DNA of 64,000 nt, taken from Phoronis australis. Taxonomy: Eukaryota > Animalia > Phoronida. The position numbers and the translations under genes are program-made. Under the pieces are notes generated by a model. That model worked only from the letters and a program-made list of their open reading frames with translations, did not search any database and was not told the DNA's origin. Location: contig NMRA01000223.1 of NCBI GenBank assembly GCA_002633005.1, positions 376,976 to 440,975 on the forward strand. Direction: 5' to 3'. Positions 1-14,051 of the stretch are shown here, piece after piece; positions within the stretch are counted from its first letter, which is position 1; each line of letters begins with the position of its first letter.

Positions 1-3000
1 CTATCACAAGGCACTTGACAGATTCTTCCCAGGCAGTCTTTTTGAATGAACAGGACTTTTTATGAATGGGCCTTGTCACTTTACTCATTTCAAAACAAAC
101 AAGTGTTGACAGACAGAATTGTGGATAATGAAAGAGCAGAGAATGCAGTTTTGTTACCAGATGAGCTGTCTAGCAAACACTGTCAGAGAAGTGATAGAAG
201 CGCAAACAGCATGGTTGGGTCATGTGACAGTCCCCCCCTCCTCCCCTGGGAGAACGTCAACAGAGAATTGATGGACACGCACGGTGCACGCTTGTAATCA
301 AACAAAATTTTCATGAAAACAACAATATGATCTTTTAAAGAATTATACGTTCATCCTCTACACCACTCGATTCTGCATCGCAAAGACGCAAACATTTTCA
401 GGTGGATGTAAGGACTTACGAGTTTCAAAGCCACAGTTTTTTGCAAGTCTATAACCAACTGTTTGAAAACTCACATTCTCAAGTTAAATGTTACAAAAGA
501 GTGATCAGTGTCTCTTCTAAGTACATGAATTCACGGTAGAAAACACGATTACGTAGTTGACCGAGATGCTGTACAAATTTCGCGATATGTAGGCACTTGA
601 TAGGCAGATTATAGGAACAGAGTATATCACATGCAGTATGACCCACGTCTGCATTTTCACAATGATAAACCCTGGCAGCAGTAATAATAGTTATAAATTA
701 CAAACTGTTGTGAAAGACTGCAATAAAAACTGCTCTTTTAGCTACTTAAAGGGAAATTATCAGTTTTACTGCCGAAAAACGCATTTTTGGGATTACAGTT
801 GGACGGGACAGAGTGCTAGAAGTTTTTAACTTTGACCAGACCTGTAAAACAACAAAAACTGTTGTTTTTGTAATGTTTGTAATTTTGTTTTTTTCGCCAA
901 ATTCCTGCTGTTGTCGATGCCAGTGATTTAACCAGTTAAACACACTGTTGTTGACCTGGTAAGACTTACGCTGTAAGAAGAGCGTCAGAGTGCGACCACC
1001 AGGGTACGGAGGTTCGAATCTGTATCGATACTGATCTAAAACAATTATTTTTCTCCCTAATGATGTCCCTTTAAGGGACTGACCATGAAATGCAACAGAA
1101 ACATAATCAGTGCTCAATCACTGACATGCCTGGTTTGAAAACGAAAACTTCCCCTTCCTGCCAATGAAAAAATGCTGAAAATGCATGATTCCGAGAACGC
1201 TTTTGATAAAACCACAAAAGAAACAGACAATTCCAAATTAACCGTTTTCATATTTGTGGTCAGTGTTAATGCCAAAGCCTGTCTCTGCCAGAAATGATTC
1301 ATCCTTCATTATAACAAAATCCGAATTATTATCGGAAATAGTTATACAACCTGGTATCTTCTGATAAGTTTTTTTGATCAGGCATTCTCAAAACTACTAC
1401 ATTAAAATAGAAAGATGTAGAAGTGCCAGAACACACCTGCCAAAAACTGTGAAATTGCACAAAAAGGCAACTAGGACAAAAGGCTATAAGTTTCAGCTAT
1501 ATTGTCCCCTAGAAATACATCAAAACTTGGCAAACTTAAGGAACATTTCTCAGAAACAGGTGATCAAATTTATACGAAACTTTCACATACTATATGCTTT
1601 ATATTTTACGAAACTGTAAGCAATTGTTTTTGTTCCACTTTTGTGTGAGCGGCAATAATATGACTTTTTGTAAATTTATGGAAAAAACAAGTTCTGTTAT
1701 AAATTGAAAACAAAATTGACGACTTTGAAAACTGTAACAGCACTTTTGAGATATCATCTTGAACAGTAACATCGAACGAAATTTGGTCCGATTATCGATG
1801 CCCTTGTTTTGCCACAAATGCACCTCGCTTCTTTTGCCAAATTTTACCATAAGCAATGGCCACGTGAACTCAAAAATCAAATTCTCAGGACTTTTTACGA
1901 TAAGATCTTGCACAACCTTTACACGATCTCATGTAGCAATTTAACTGATAATGGCTGCGCTTCAGTATTCTGCGGTGAAAAATTGTCAAACCTGTCATCT
2001 TTCAATTCTGTGTACTACAAACCAGGCAAACTAACTGATAAAAGAAGACGTGTTCTTTTGTTGAGAAATGCGACAAAATAAAATTCCACTATTTCCGCTT
2101 ATTTTGAACACGCTTCATGAGTCAGGTGTACAGTAAATACATTTTTATACAAATAATAGAAACAAACTCAATCACTGTGACTGGATAAACAGCCGACAGC
2201 GCAATTGATTTGTTCACAAAACCAATACAGGCTGCTGCAACAAACGCCCAGGTAATTATTACGTTAAACAAAAGGCAAGGGTGGACTATGTAATGAAGAA
2301 ATCAATCACACCTCCATCACCAATAGATGAGTACACACCAGTGACCTGTTAATTACACAGAAATAAATATGTTACATAATATAATTAGGCACCTTACACA
2401 ATATGTTGCATAATGTGAAGAGCAGCAATACCAGACAGAAATAGTCCTTATAACAGTAGATCCTGGTTTCACAGCAACCCCTGATCTATTTCCAAGACCG
2501 CAGTTGGTCGTAGCCAGCCTACATCCATCACAAAATCAACCAGGCATTCTCTCTCTACAACTGTGTTGCTTTGCTCATCAGCAAATTCTTTTACAGAACT
2601 GTCCGAGCATTTTCACACTTTTCTTACGTCATTCCTTGTTGTTTTTGAGAAAATACCACTGTTCGCGCAATAATGCTCGTGCGGTGCACTGGTTGGTGAA
2701 GGAAGAGAATTCAATACAATGTCCACTTTATGTTACATCTAGTACCAAATCAACAAGTCGATAAAAGTATGTTTTCCGAATTACAAAGACTGTAGCATTC
2801 GATTTTGGACTTCATATCAATCTGCCGTGAATTAGGTCACATGACCAAGTTTTTAGTAGCTTATCAAAACAGTTACACTAACACCACAACAACCGTATCA
2901 ATAACATGACCAAATTTCATTTCATATAAAAGTTCAAGAATAATTGTAAAAACGGTGCTACAGTTTTCTAAATTATTTTGTTTTCATTTTATGTAACTTT

Positions 3001-5038
3001 TCCCATAAAAATCATTCACGTTTTATTTTTCGGTAGCCCCTCATGCAAAAGTGGGACATTACAAAGACAATTCCTGATACGGTATTGAAGAACACTACAG
3101 ACCAGGTAAAGCATAGTATCCTGAAAGTTTCATATGAAACCGCTCAACCATTTCATAAACCTGATGTTCCACTCTTCAGAGGTCCTACAAAATTTACGAT
3201 ACTGGCTAGCGAGCAGGTAAATATCACACGTCCCCATTTTACCAGTTCCAGCTACGCCATTGTTATTACCGTACCTACTTTTAATTATTCAAAGACTCTC
3301 CCTCACTTTCGTGAACTTTCCCCAAGACATCTAATAAATTTTTCACCGCCTCTCAATACCAACGTCAAAATACCAGACAAAACCTAAGGTCTGTAACCCA
3401 AAGGTAGTTTTAAGCATTAAATAACAGTTTTGCTCATCATTGCTCATCAACTGAAGGTAGGAATGTTGATAGTGATGGGCCAGGGCACAATCTAGTTACA
3501 GCCTATCAGCATTCCATCCTGGATTAAATCCCACTCAAGATCACTGACATGTTCAAGAAAACCCGTCAATTTACACAAAATTTCCAAACAATTTGAACTA
3601 TTTATGGGAAGTAATTCATGCAAAGTAATGACTGCTGGGTCGATCATTTTAACCTCGTTTTTGCAAAATTTTCACGTGAACAAGTGAAAGAATAAACAGT
3701 TACTGTCGCTAGCCACCAATTAACCCTACCTACCTACGTTAGTCAATCAGAATGTTTTCTGCTGATGAAGTGACTGTGTTCACATAGATGAATTTAGGGT
3801 CCCTCCCTCCAAAGGCAACCGAAGAAAAAGAAAATGAGAAAAGCTGCAGCAAGACCGACAATCTTTCTTAAAAATATATATGATTTGCGCTTGGACACCC
3901 ACCTTCACAGCACCCTAATCGGCTAGTGGTCATTAAGTACAGTAATATTAGTGGTATTGTCAATACTTGTAGAAGCACAGAAATCGCTCATAAAAGTTAA
4001 GGCCAAGTTTGAAGGGCAGTAAGTAGTCAAAATCAAAATGTTAACTAACATTTCCATGTCAAAACTATTAATGAATTCATAGAATGCCAATTATCTGGGC
4101 ACAAATGAAACATTACATCCCCCACAACCACCCCTACCCCCACGGTTCCACCTCAACATCCAATATGCTCCTACGCTAAAGTTCATTTCAAGTCATGACT
4201 AGACATAAAAGTACTACCTAATTGAAACATCTGCGTCTATTTTGTCAAATATCTACAAAAAACTAGGTTTAACTCTGAAAGCAGAAAACCTACAGAATTT
4301 GAATCTTTTAACCAATCTATCATTGATTGGGTCGTGTTACCATGTATCTTAAATAATGAAATTTAGGAGAAAAGCAAGGTACACTGACAGCAAAACTACG
4401 TGCCAATAACATAACCAAATTTCATTTAATAGTACACGTTCAAGAGAAAATCTCAGAAACATTTCTTAATTATTTCGTTTTCATTTTATGCAACTTCTTT
4501 CTAGGAAAACATAAAATTACTACTCCAATTTTTGATGTGCAAAATGTAAAACTTTGAAAACAATTCCAATTGGAGACCAGTGCAGCATTAGAAAATTTCG
4601 CAAAATCCGAACAGCTATTTCTGAGTCTTGATGTTCTGATGCCGAATATCGAAACTTTTCTCAATAATCCAACAAGTTTGCTTTGTTTGCAGCGTAGTGT
4701 ATATCAACATGAACATGAAATATGTTGAATTATAATTATCAATACTGCAAGCATTATCACATGTCAACACCTTACCATAAATTCATGCTCCCTGAATTTC
4801 ATCAACCAAAATGATTAAATCTGGAATTTCAAGCTTGCATAGCTGACAGCTGNCCCCCCATCCCGGTTAAAAAATTTAGAGAGGAACTACATCAATCCAA
4901 CACATACACTTTGCCACTGGTTCTACGTACAGAAATAATAATTTCACATACAGCATTATTTGTTCTTGTCTGCGCCTAACTCATTTTAATATGTGGTTTT
5001 CACTGTTTAAAGAAATAGGAAGGATTCCAGTAACAGTC

Positions 5039-5128
5039 GGATATAACGTGCCCACATTTTGAGAACCAGTTTTCTACACTGAATTACAGGGCATCAACTG
5101 GTTCTCAAAACATGGGCACATTATATCC
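5039..5128. repeat. Short hairpin/MITE-like palindrome
   Basis: GGATATAACGTGCCCACATTTTGAGAACCAGTT ... AACTGGTTCTCAAAACATGGGCACATTATATCC: imperfect arms of about 33 bp. Confidence 0.65.
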
Positions 5129-6184
5129 CACAAGGTGACACGGGGAAAGGTGAAGGATCCCAACCCATTTCAGCTGACATCTGGTGACGCACGGAGTACT
5201 AAGGTAAAAAACAAAAATACCAACCCATTTCATCTAACATAAGGTAACTTCGTTTTTTTATAACACATGGACATCTTAAAAAATACATCACTGCATTAAT
5301 TTTATAAACAACCACAGACCAAACCAGTTCTGCTATTTACTCTGTCTTTACTGACCACATTTCACTAGTCATACGTGGCAACGTCTATTTTCATCTTACT
5401 TTAACTCATCACTTGACCACAAAAACTGTAAGATCTAAGTAAATCGAGGAAGAACCTGTTTTTAAACCAGACAATGCCCCTTTAACCAATGTTTGTACTT
5501 TGCATAGTTTCCAAACGTTTTCTAAACTACCAGAATAATTATGGAAAAGGACACTTGGTATGCAAATGCACCATGTAGACACTGTTTAAAAAATGAACTA
5601 AGAACACCAAAGCACTGCCTTGAGTCAATGAACTATTCTCACAATCTTGCAAATGTGGAATCACAAAGTCAATTAGCATGATATTTATCAGAAGACCATT
5701 GGATGACCACTTCTTCGTCCAGGCCTACAGCTGAAAAGGTTGAGTTTTCAGACGATGGTAGGCCTACTGTCTAGAGACTCAGGCGTTACTCAGATTGATT
5801 CACTAATAGTCAGGTTCTCAAAATATGGGGCAACCAAACAAAACTTTTCACATAATATGTGACAGACGTAACTTCTTAACATGCCGAGTCTCCAATACAG
5901 AAAATGAGAATTAAAATTGTCAACATTGACATTCTCGTCAAGAGAAAACAGTCCGCCAATGTCACTCAGTAGTCGGTCCAAGGCTTCGTCACTGATCAAG
6001 TCCGTTTGGTTTAGGCCTAACAGAAAATTCGTATTTCACTAGGCAACGCGTTTCTGTCATGATAGTCGGAGACTTGGTACCGGACACTTCTGTCGAAACA
6101 CTTTATTTGATTAAATATAAATTATGCAACTAAACATGCTGGTTTGATGAATGAGTGGTTGTAAAACTTGTACGCGTTGGTTAC

Positions 6185-6312
6185 CTGTCGCGCGGATCAA
6201 CCCATGTCGTTTTCTGAGTGTTATGGTCTATGAAAAACACTTTCCCGTCATGGTCGAGTCCCTCCTCCCAGCCGTTTGGTAGGGAAAACTCCCCACTTCT
6301 CTGCTTTGGCAT
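6185..6312 (-). CDS. KIBRA/WWC: KIBRA/WWC-family protein, first coding exon (WW domain 1); rest of the gene lies beyond the left edge
   Basis: Hand translation from ATG 6312: [42 protein letters not shown]+AG|gtaacc (phase-2 donor). This matches the KIBRA/WWC N-terminus (LPxGWEE..D.DGKV..IDH....T.W.DPRDR). It is not in the ORF track. Confidence 0.93.
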
Positions 6313-6399
6313 ATTTCATCCAAACTGCAGCGAAATACTCCATGAAAACATCACAGTTTTGTATCAGCGCTTCGATCCACCATTTTGAATTGCTTCTAT

Positions 6400-6625
6400 T
6401 ATCATACGGACACATTCCTTGGTGACGTCAAAGGTGAATTATAAGGTCCCTGGTTTCAACCAATAGGAACGCTGGAAATTTTGTTGTACATTTCTAACAC
6501 AGGGACAGGAATGCAATTAACATGACAAAATGCTTGCATTCTTGTGTTAGTGGCTGTTCAAATATTTGACTGCGCGCCCTGCTGTAATTTGAAAGAGACA
6601 AATCTCTCGCCATCTATTGGATATT
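6400..6625 (-). promoter_or_regulatory. Putative KIBRA/WWC proximal promoter
   Basis: Directly upstream of exon 1. Motifs: TEAD/MCAT-like ACATTCC 6412-6418, GGAATG 6508-6513, CATTCT 6537-6542; CRE TGACGTCA 6423-6430; CCAAT 6460-6464; CTCF-like CGCCATCTATTGG 6608-6620. Confidence 0.55.
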
Positions 6626-7599
6626 TTTTGAATGAGTGTGCTTGAGGTGTGTAAGAAAACCAAAGAAACGATATCGAAGTGCGAAACAGGTAAGGAACGG
6701 TTAGATAAAACATGGGCATTGTTGTCATGGTACCGGACCTGCTGTTGGCATTACCTTCTGTACAAATCAGAACGTATCATATTTTTCATTCTGAAATCAA
6801 AGTTTTTCACTTAGTCTCTTTACTTGGAAAGGTATTTTTTTCAACAAAATTATAACACATACACCAGATGCAGGTCTTAAATATCCAGTTATGAAATCCC
6901 AACACTAAGGGTACATTGTATAGATGTGACACACGTTAAAAAGCAAGATCATACAAAATAATGAGAATGAAGAGACAGCCGTTTCTCGAATGTGTCGGGG
7001 CTTTCTCACATACAACTCAGGCCTGGCTGGAATGCTAACTATCGGATGGAATTCAGTTTCTGTCTGTGTCAATTGTTGCCCGGCACATGCCACTGTCTTG
7101 GAACAAATCAAATTTCTATATGTATAATGCAAGAGTAAATAAGAGAAAGAGAATACAAACTGTTTACATTTATTAGTACATGTACAAAGGGATCTCAACA
7201 TCATATAACACACAGCCAAGGCCAAACCCAATTGACCGGCCCATGACAATAATAGGAAACCAAAACATTCCGCTAAAACATTACAGAATCCAGCGATAAA
7301 TTGAATATTTAAACGGAAATGGAAAGGTCTTTTGATCACATAAACGTAACACAACTTCCTTGCAGTGAAATAGCATCGGCTTCAACATTCAATTGGGAAT
7401 AAAAAATAACACATGTGGTTTAATTAAACTCCAAAATTGAACAGTATCACATCAAAATTAAGTTTCTATAATAAGACTGAAAAGTGTGTATTTTCAATCA
7501 ATCACTCAATTTATTTCTGCGATAAAGGCCATACCATAGGCCTACTGTACAAGAGAACAACATGTACCATACTTAGAGTGCAGCAAGCTAACGAGACAA

Positions 7600-8140
7600 A
7601 AAGCATAAATACATGTTTTCATGGGTTAACTAATTTAGCAACATCACTAGTTGAGATTAATCTATTGAACTTGAAAAAAACGGAAAATTCCGGTAGTACA
7701 CCTTAATTTTCTATCAGTTCGTAATATTTATCACAGTTTAGAAGGAACGGTACTCGTCCTCCACCACATTTGGGCAGAAGGGACACGCTGTTTGCGCTAT
7801 CCAAATTCAAGTGCCTGCCTACTTCAATCATGAGACTGTGGCTAGAACAACGAAAACGTGCCTTAGGCATAATTTGTGCACGGGGAACACTAAAAAAATT
7901 TGTCCAATTTGAATTTCTTTTTAAATTGATTATAAAAACAAAGTTTAGGGTTAATCTCAACACTTTGTCTCCATCCTTGAAAATAACAATCCCTTGTTGG
8001 CTGTCTAAAAATTAACGGAAAAGTATTTTCACACACCGTAATGCCTTGATTTAACCAAACTTCTTGGAATCCATAATTTGACAATAAAAGTCTAACTAAA
8101 GTGACATTTCATAGATATTCAGCCGATTCAAAGCTGCATT
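7600..8140 (-). mobile_element. 5'-truncated CR1/L2-group LINE, ORF2 C-terminal relic (duplicate at about 12130-12660)
   Basis: Frameshifted LLSNYGFQEVWLNQG..CYFQGWRQSV..NPKL.FYNQFKK..RFRCSSHSLMIEVGRH, resembling the C-terminal region of CR1/L2-group ORF2. Confidence 0.75.
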
Positions 8141-8869
8141 ATAATCTGTTTAGCTGCCTCAGAAACGAAAATCGAATAGGACTTTAGCCGTGATGCTCAT
8201 AAAACTGATCTCGGTAATACTCCTTACCGCGATAGTTTAAGCCACAGGTCAATGTTCACAGGTGTCATTTTTTTAATTCCTGATTGTAGGCTTGGTGAGC
8301 CTCAAAAATTGCGGTGTGTTCTCGAGTCCCTGATGGTGTCGATGTTATATAGAATATAAGGAATGTTACGATACTGAATTTATGACAGCAAAAGCCCTAA
8401 TTTGATTTTTTAATTATTTTCAGCCAGGAAAAACAGTGCAAAGTTGAACTTTTGAAAAGCACCTCTCCAACAACTGAAGTCGTAAATTGTGAAATGTAAT
8501 AAATGGTTAGACTTGTTGCAAGGATGCCTGGTTATTAAAACAGTTCCATTTAATGTACCTCAGCAGGTACATAAGCCTACTTTCACCATGGGTACCAGCA
8601 AATGTTAAAAATTACGCTACCAGCCATTTTTTGTTTGTTGCTTTCTCCCTCTTGAAACACTACAGTACAAAAAGGCTACTTCACGTGTCATCTGACGTGA
8701 CTACATTTGCGTGTTTTCCTTCACTGGCCTATGGAATTGAGCATATGTCATGTGCAACTGAACTGTACAATGTATGCGTTGAGGTAAAAGTCACGTCTTT
8801 GGTGTTCATTGGAGATTCACCGTTACATTTGGTGCCCAATGAGGGCGTGTGTTACACACAGTAGTCATA

Positions 8870-9812
8870 ACTGCTAGAAAATCAACTGCAGAAACATTAT
8901 GTTAACATATCCCAAATTTTATAAAGATTCATCAAAGATTTCGAAGCAAACGCAAAAAATAAAATTTCCACTGGAGGACGCCACAACAGATCTGTCCGAA
9001 AATTAATGTTGGCCATACGACACTCTCACCAAAATCTGCCAACTTTCAGATTTTAAACACTGGAGGCGGATGCCAAGACTGGGAAATAATAAAAAATAAA
9101 AAGTGACTACCAAGAGGCACAGAATGTGTTGACTCCTTCATAAAAAGTTATTCTGTAAGTTTAACGAAGATCTACCAAGGAACCAGGTAGGCTTTGAAGT
9201 ATACACAAAAACATCAATTGCTTCTTTGGTGGTCAGACACATTTTGAAATCGGCACCAGCCATGCTCTCCTCAGGAGGAACATATAAACCAAATTTCATG
9301 AAGAGCTATAAAGGAAACATATTGGCAAAGACAAAGAACAAAATTGCCACCACAGGGTCCCGGGGGCCATTTTCCTGACCAATCAGAGAATCAACGTCAG
9401 CCCTGCTATCTTCAATACAAAAACACCTAATAAATCTCATGATGATCCTTGGAGTTGTTTACCCACTAAAGACACATAACAAAAGTGCTTAGAGGCACAG
9501 ACTTCAATTTCATAGAGTCCATCTAAAATTGGAAATGTGTCATCATCTCAACAGAAACATATTTGCCAAATTTCAGAAAATTCGCCAAGGAACTGGGTAG
9601 ACACAGACACAAGAAAATATAATTGGAACTAGGTGGTACAACAGCAGCTGAATCCCTCAGAAAGCAGGTGTCACCGGTTGTTAGATTTATAGGAACACAC
9701 CTGCCAAACTTCATGAAGATTCTGCAGGTAGTTTAGGAGATACAGCAGCAGACACCAGGACAGAGTTGACGGCAATATGCACCCACATAATTATATATAA
9801 TGTGGGTGCACA
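8870..9812. mobile_element. Helentron/DINE-1-like non-autonomous element (degraded)
   Basis: Terminal hairpin TGCACCCACAT-loop-ATGTGGGTGCA at 9778-9810. Internal degenerate repeats carry AAATTTCATGAAG and CCACTRGAGG-like motifs. Confidence 0.5.
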
Positions 9813-10667
9813 AGAAGACATTGATGGCTTCTAGGTAGCCCAATGATTTCGGAAATGTTTTTTGAATGATTCATAATTTCTCTGCATATTCATTATAAAC
9901 ATGGTAGCAGAAATGAAGTTTTTTCATGAGGGAATTTTAGAAGCAAGTAATTGTCCTAGTTTTGATTTGTCTAACAGCAAACAAGTTGGAAGTGAAGCTT
10001 GAAGGTTATGTAGGACCTTATCAACAAGTCTGAGTGTTTTATCTCTGAAAGTATATAATTATTTTAAAAGTTGGAAACTAGAAGAATTAAAACTTTTTAC
10101 TATTTGCCAATCTACCATTAATTGAGTCACATGAACATATTTTTAGTAAAATTTAGCAAAAAAGAAAGTTAGATCCACATTTAGCAAAAACAATAATATC
10201 AATAACAAGACCATATTTTGTTTCATATTAATGTTCAAGATAAAATTTCAAAAGTGCTGTTACAGTTTTCTAAAATATTGCTCTGTATTTTGGTTTATGC
10301 AACATTTAATTTCTTTCATGAAAATCACATAAAAGTCCCATGCTACTCGGGTCTATCCCAAGATGCATCGTGGCACCAGAGGGCGCAGCTTTCAAAATGT
10401 CCAATCTGCATATCGTTTATTTGCAGAATAGTGCCTAAAGCATAGAGTGTGAAAGTTTCACCTGAATCAGATCATCCATTTCTGAGATTCGTTGTTCAAA
10501 TAAGCCAAATTCAGAATTTTTCTAAATGGATTGAAATGATAAGGTAGGTGTGACTGAACATTACTAAAAAAACCAACAAACTAAAAAGTAAACGTCACAT
10601 TTCATCAAAAGTCAGCTCTGCAGAGGTGNATGAATGAGTGGTTGTAAAACTTGTACGCGTTGGTTAC

Positions 10668-10795
10668 CTGTCGCGCGGATCAACCCATGTCGTTTTCTGA
10701 GTGTTATGGTCTATGAAAAACACTTTCCCGTCATGGTCGAGTCCCTCCTCCCAGCCGTTTGGTAGGGAAAACTCCCCACTTCTCTGCTTTGGCAT
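10668..10795 (-). CDS. KIBRA/WWC: Second, identical copy of KIBRA/WWC coding exon 1, probably a haplotype duplicate
   Basis: Same sequence as 6185-6312, inside the block repeated across the N at 10629. Confidence 0.75.
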
Positions 10796-13700
10796 ATTTC
10801 ATCCAAACTGCAGCGAAATACTCCATGAAAACATTACAGTTTTGTATCAGCGCTTCCATCCACCATTTTGAATTGCTTCTATTATCATACGGACACATTC
10901 CTTGGTGACGTCAAAGGTGAATTATAAGGTCCCTGGTTTCAACCAATAGGAACGCTGGAAATTTTGTTGTACATTTCTAACACAGGGACAGGAATGCAAT
11001 TAACATGACAAAATGCTTGCATTCTTGTGTTAGTGGCTGTTCAAATATTTGACTGCGCGCCCTGCTGTAATTTGAAAGAGACAAATCTCTCGCCATCTAT
11101 TGGATATTTTTTTAATGAGTGTGCTTGAGGTGTGTAAGAAAACCAAAGAAACGATATCGAAGTGCAAAACAGGTAAGGAACGGTTAGATAAAACATGGGC
11201 ATTGTTGTCATGGTACCGGACCTGCTGTTGGCATTACCTTCTGTACAAATCAGAACGTATCATACTTTTCATTCTGAAATCAAGGTTTTTCACTTAGTCT
11301 CTTTACTTGGAAAGGTTTTTTTTTTCAACAAAATTATAACACATACACCAGATGTAGGTCTTAAATACTCCAGTTATGAAATCCCAACACTAAAGGTACA
11401 TTGTATAGATGTGACACTCGTTAAAAAGCAAGATCATACAAAATAATGAGAATGAAGAGACAGCTGTTTCTAGAATGTGTCGAGGCTTTTTCATATACAG
11501 TAGCAAAATGAACACCGCTGAAACAACTCAGGCCTGGCTCAGTGGAATGTTAACTATCGGATGTAATTCAGTTTCTGTCTGTGTCGATTGTTGCCCGGCA
11601 CATGCCACTGTTTTGGAACAAATCAAATTTCTATATGTATAATGCAAGAGTAAATAAGAGAAAGAGAATACAAACAGTTTACATTTATTAGTACATGTAC
11701 ATAGGGATCTCAACATCATATAACACACAGCCAAGGCCAAACCCAATTGACCGGCCCATGACAATAATATAGGAAACCAAAACATTCCGCTAAAACATTA
11801 CAGAATCCAGCGATAAATTGAATATTTAAACGGAAATGGAAAGGTCTTTTGATCACATAAACGTAACACAACTTCCTTGCAGTGAAATAGCATCGGCTTC
11901 AACATTCAGTTGGGAATAAAAAATAATACATGTGGTTTAACTTAACTCCAAAATTGAACAGTATCGCATCGAAATTAAGTTTCTATAATAAGACTGAAAA
12001 GTATGTATTTTCAATCAAAAAGGCAGTCAATTTATTTCTGTGATAAAGGCCATACCATGGGCCTACTGTACAAGAGAACAACATGTAACATACTTAGAGT
12101 GCAGCAAGCTAACAAGGAGACAAAAAGCATAAATACATGTTTTCATGGGTTAACTAATTTAGCAACATCACTAGTTGAGATTAATCTATTGAACTTGAAA
12201 AAGACGGAAAATTCCAGTAGTTCACCTTAATTTTCTATCAGTTCGTAATATTTATCACAGTTTAGAAGGAACGGCACGCGTCCTCCACCACATTTGGGCA
12301 GAAGGGACACGCTGTTTGCCCTATCCAAATTCAAGTGCCTGCCTACTTCAATCATGAGACTGTGGCTAGAACAACGAAAACGTGCCTTGGACATAATTTG
12401 TGCACGGGGAACACTAAAAAAAATTTGTCTAATTTGAATTTCTTTTTAAATTGATTATAAAAACACAGTTTAGGGTTAATATCAACACTTTGTCTCCATC
12501 CTTGAAAATAACAATCCCTTGTTGGCTGTCTAAAAATTAACGGAAAACTTCCACACACCGTAATGCCTTGATTTAACCAAACTTCTTGGAATCCATAATT
12601 TGACAATAAAAGTCTAACTAATGTGACATTTCATAGATATTCAGCCGATTCAAAGCTGCATTATACTGTTTAGCTGCCTAAGAAACGAAAATCGAATAGG
12701 ACTTTTGCCGTGATGCTCATAAAACTGATCTCGATAACATTCCTTACAGCGATAGTATTTTAACCATTTAAGTCACAGGTCAATGTCCACAGATGTCTTT
12801 TTTTAATTCCTGAATTTAGGCTTGGTGAGCCTCAAAAATAGCGGTGTGTTCTCGAGTCCCTGATGATTTCGATGTTATATAGAATATAAGGAATGTTACG
12901 ATACTGAATTTATGACAGCAAAAGCCCCAATTTGATTTTTTAATTATTTTCAGCCAGAAAAAAAACAGTGCAACGTTGAGCTTTTGAAAAGCACCTCTCC
13001 AACAACTGAAGTCGTAAATTGTGGAATGCAATAAATGGTTAGACTTGTTGCAAGGATGCCTGGTTATTAAAACAGTTCCATTTAATGTACCTCAGCAGGT
13101 ACATAGGCCTACTTCCACCATGGGTACCAGCAAATGTTAAAAATTACGCTACCAGCCACTTTTTGTTTGTTGCTTTCTCCCTCTTGAAACACTACAATAC
13201 AAAAAGGCTACTTCAGTATCGTCTGACGTGACTACATTTGGCGTGTTTTCCTTCACTGGCCTATGGAATTGAGCATATGTCATGTGCGACTGAACTATAC
13301 AATGTATGCGTTGATGTAAAAGTCACGTCTTTGGTGTTCATTGGAGATTCACTGTTACATTTGGTGCCCAATGAGGGCGTGTGTTACACACAGTAGTCAA
13401 AACTGTTAGAAAATCAACTGCAGAAACATTATGTTAACATATCCCAAATTTTATAAAGATTCATCAAAGATTTCGAGACAAACGCAAAAAATGAAATTTC
13501 CACTGGAGAACACCACAATAGATCTGTTGGCCATAGGACAATCTGTAATTAAGTGAAAAATGTGTCTGGGATAATCAACGAACCTTATTTTTGCTAAAAG
13601 TGACATGAAAAAAGGTTGCTTTCGCCTTTAATGTTCAAGATAAAATTTCAAAATTGCTGTTACAGTTTTCTTAATTATTGTTCTGTATTTTGATTTATGC

Positions 13701-14051
13701 AACATTTAATTTCTCTCATGAAAATCACATAAAAGTTCCATGCTACTGGAGTCTATCCCAAGATGCATCGTGACACCAGAGGGCGCAGCTTTCAAAATGT
13801 CCAATCTGTATATCGTTTATTTGCAGAATAGTGCATAAAGCATAGAGTGTGAAAGTTTCACCTGAATCAGATCATCCATTTCTGAGATACGTTGTTCAAA
13901 AAAGCCAAATTCGGAATTTTTCTAAATGGATTGAAATGATAATGTAGGTGTGACTGAAAAATATTAAAAAAACAACAAACTAAAAAGTAAACGTCACATT
14001 TCATCAAAAGGCAGCTCTGCCGAGGTGCACACCGGGATTGTACATGTATTG

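Larger units (their letters stand above)
6147..14027. repeat. Near-identical tandem block, 6147-10628 versus 10630-14027
   Basis: Copy 2 starts right after the N at 10629 with the sequence at 6147. Copy 1 ends (GCAGAGGTG) at the sequence matching 14027. The copies differ by SNPs, small indels and a segment of about 1.2 kb (roughly 9010-10210) present only in copy 1. Confidence 0.9.

Noticed and set aside
5790-5999. 69-aa minus-strand ORF just inside the KIBRA intron, as a possible exon 2
   Set aside because: No resemblance to the expected second WW region (KPxTFADC..ELP.GWE), and it ends in a stop.
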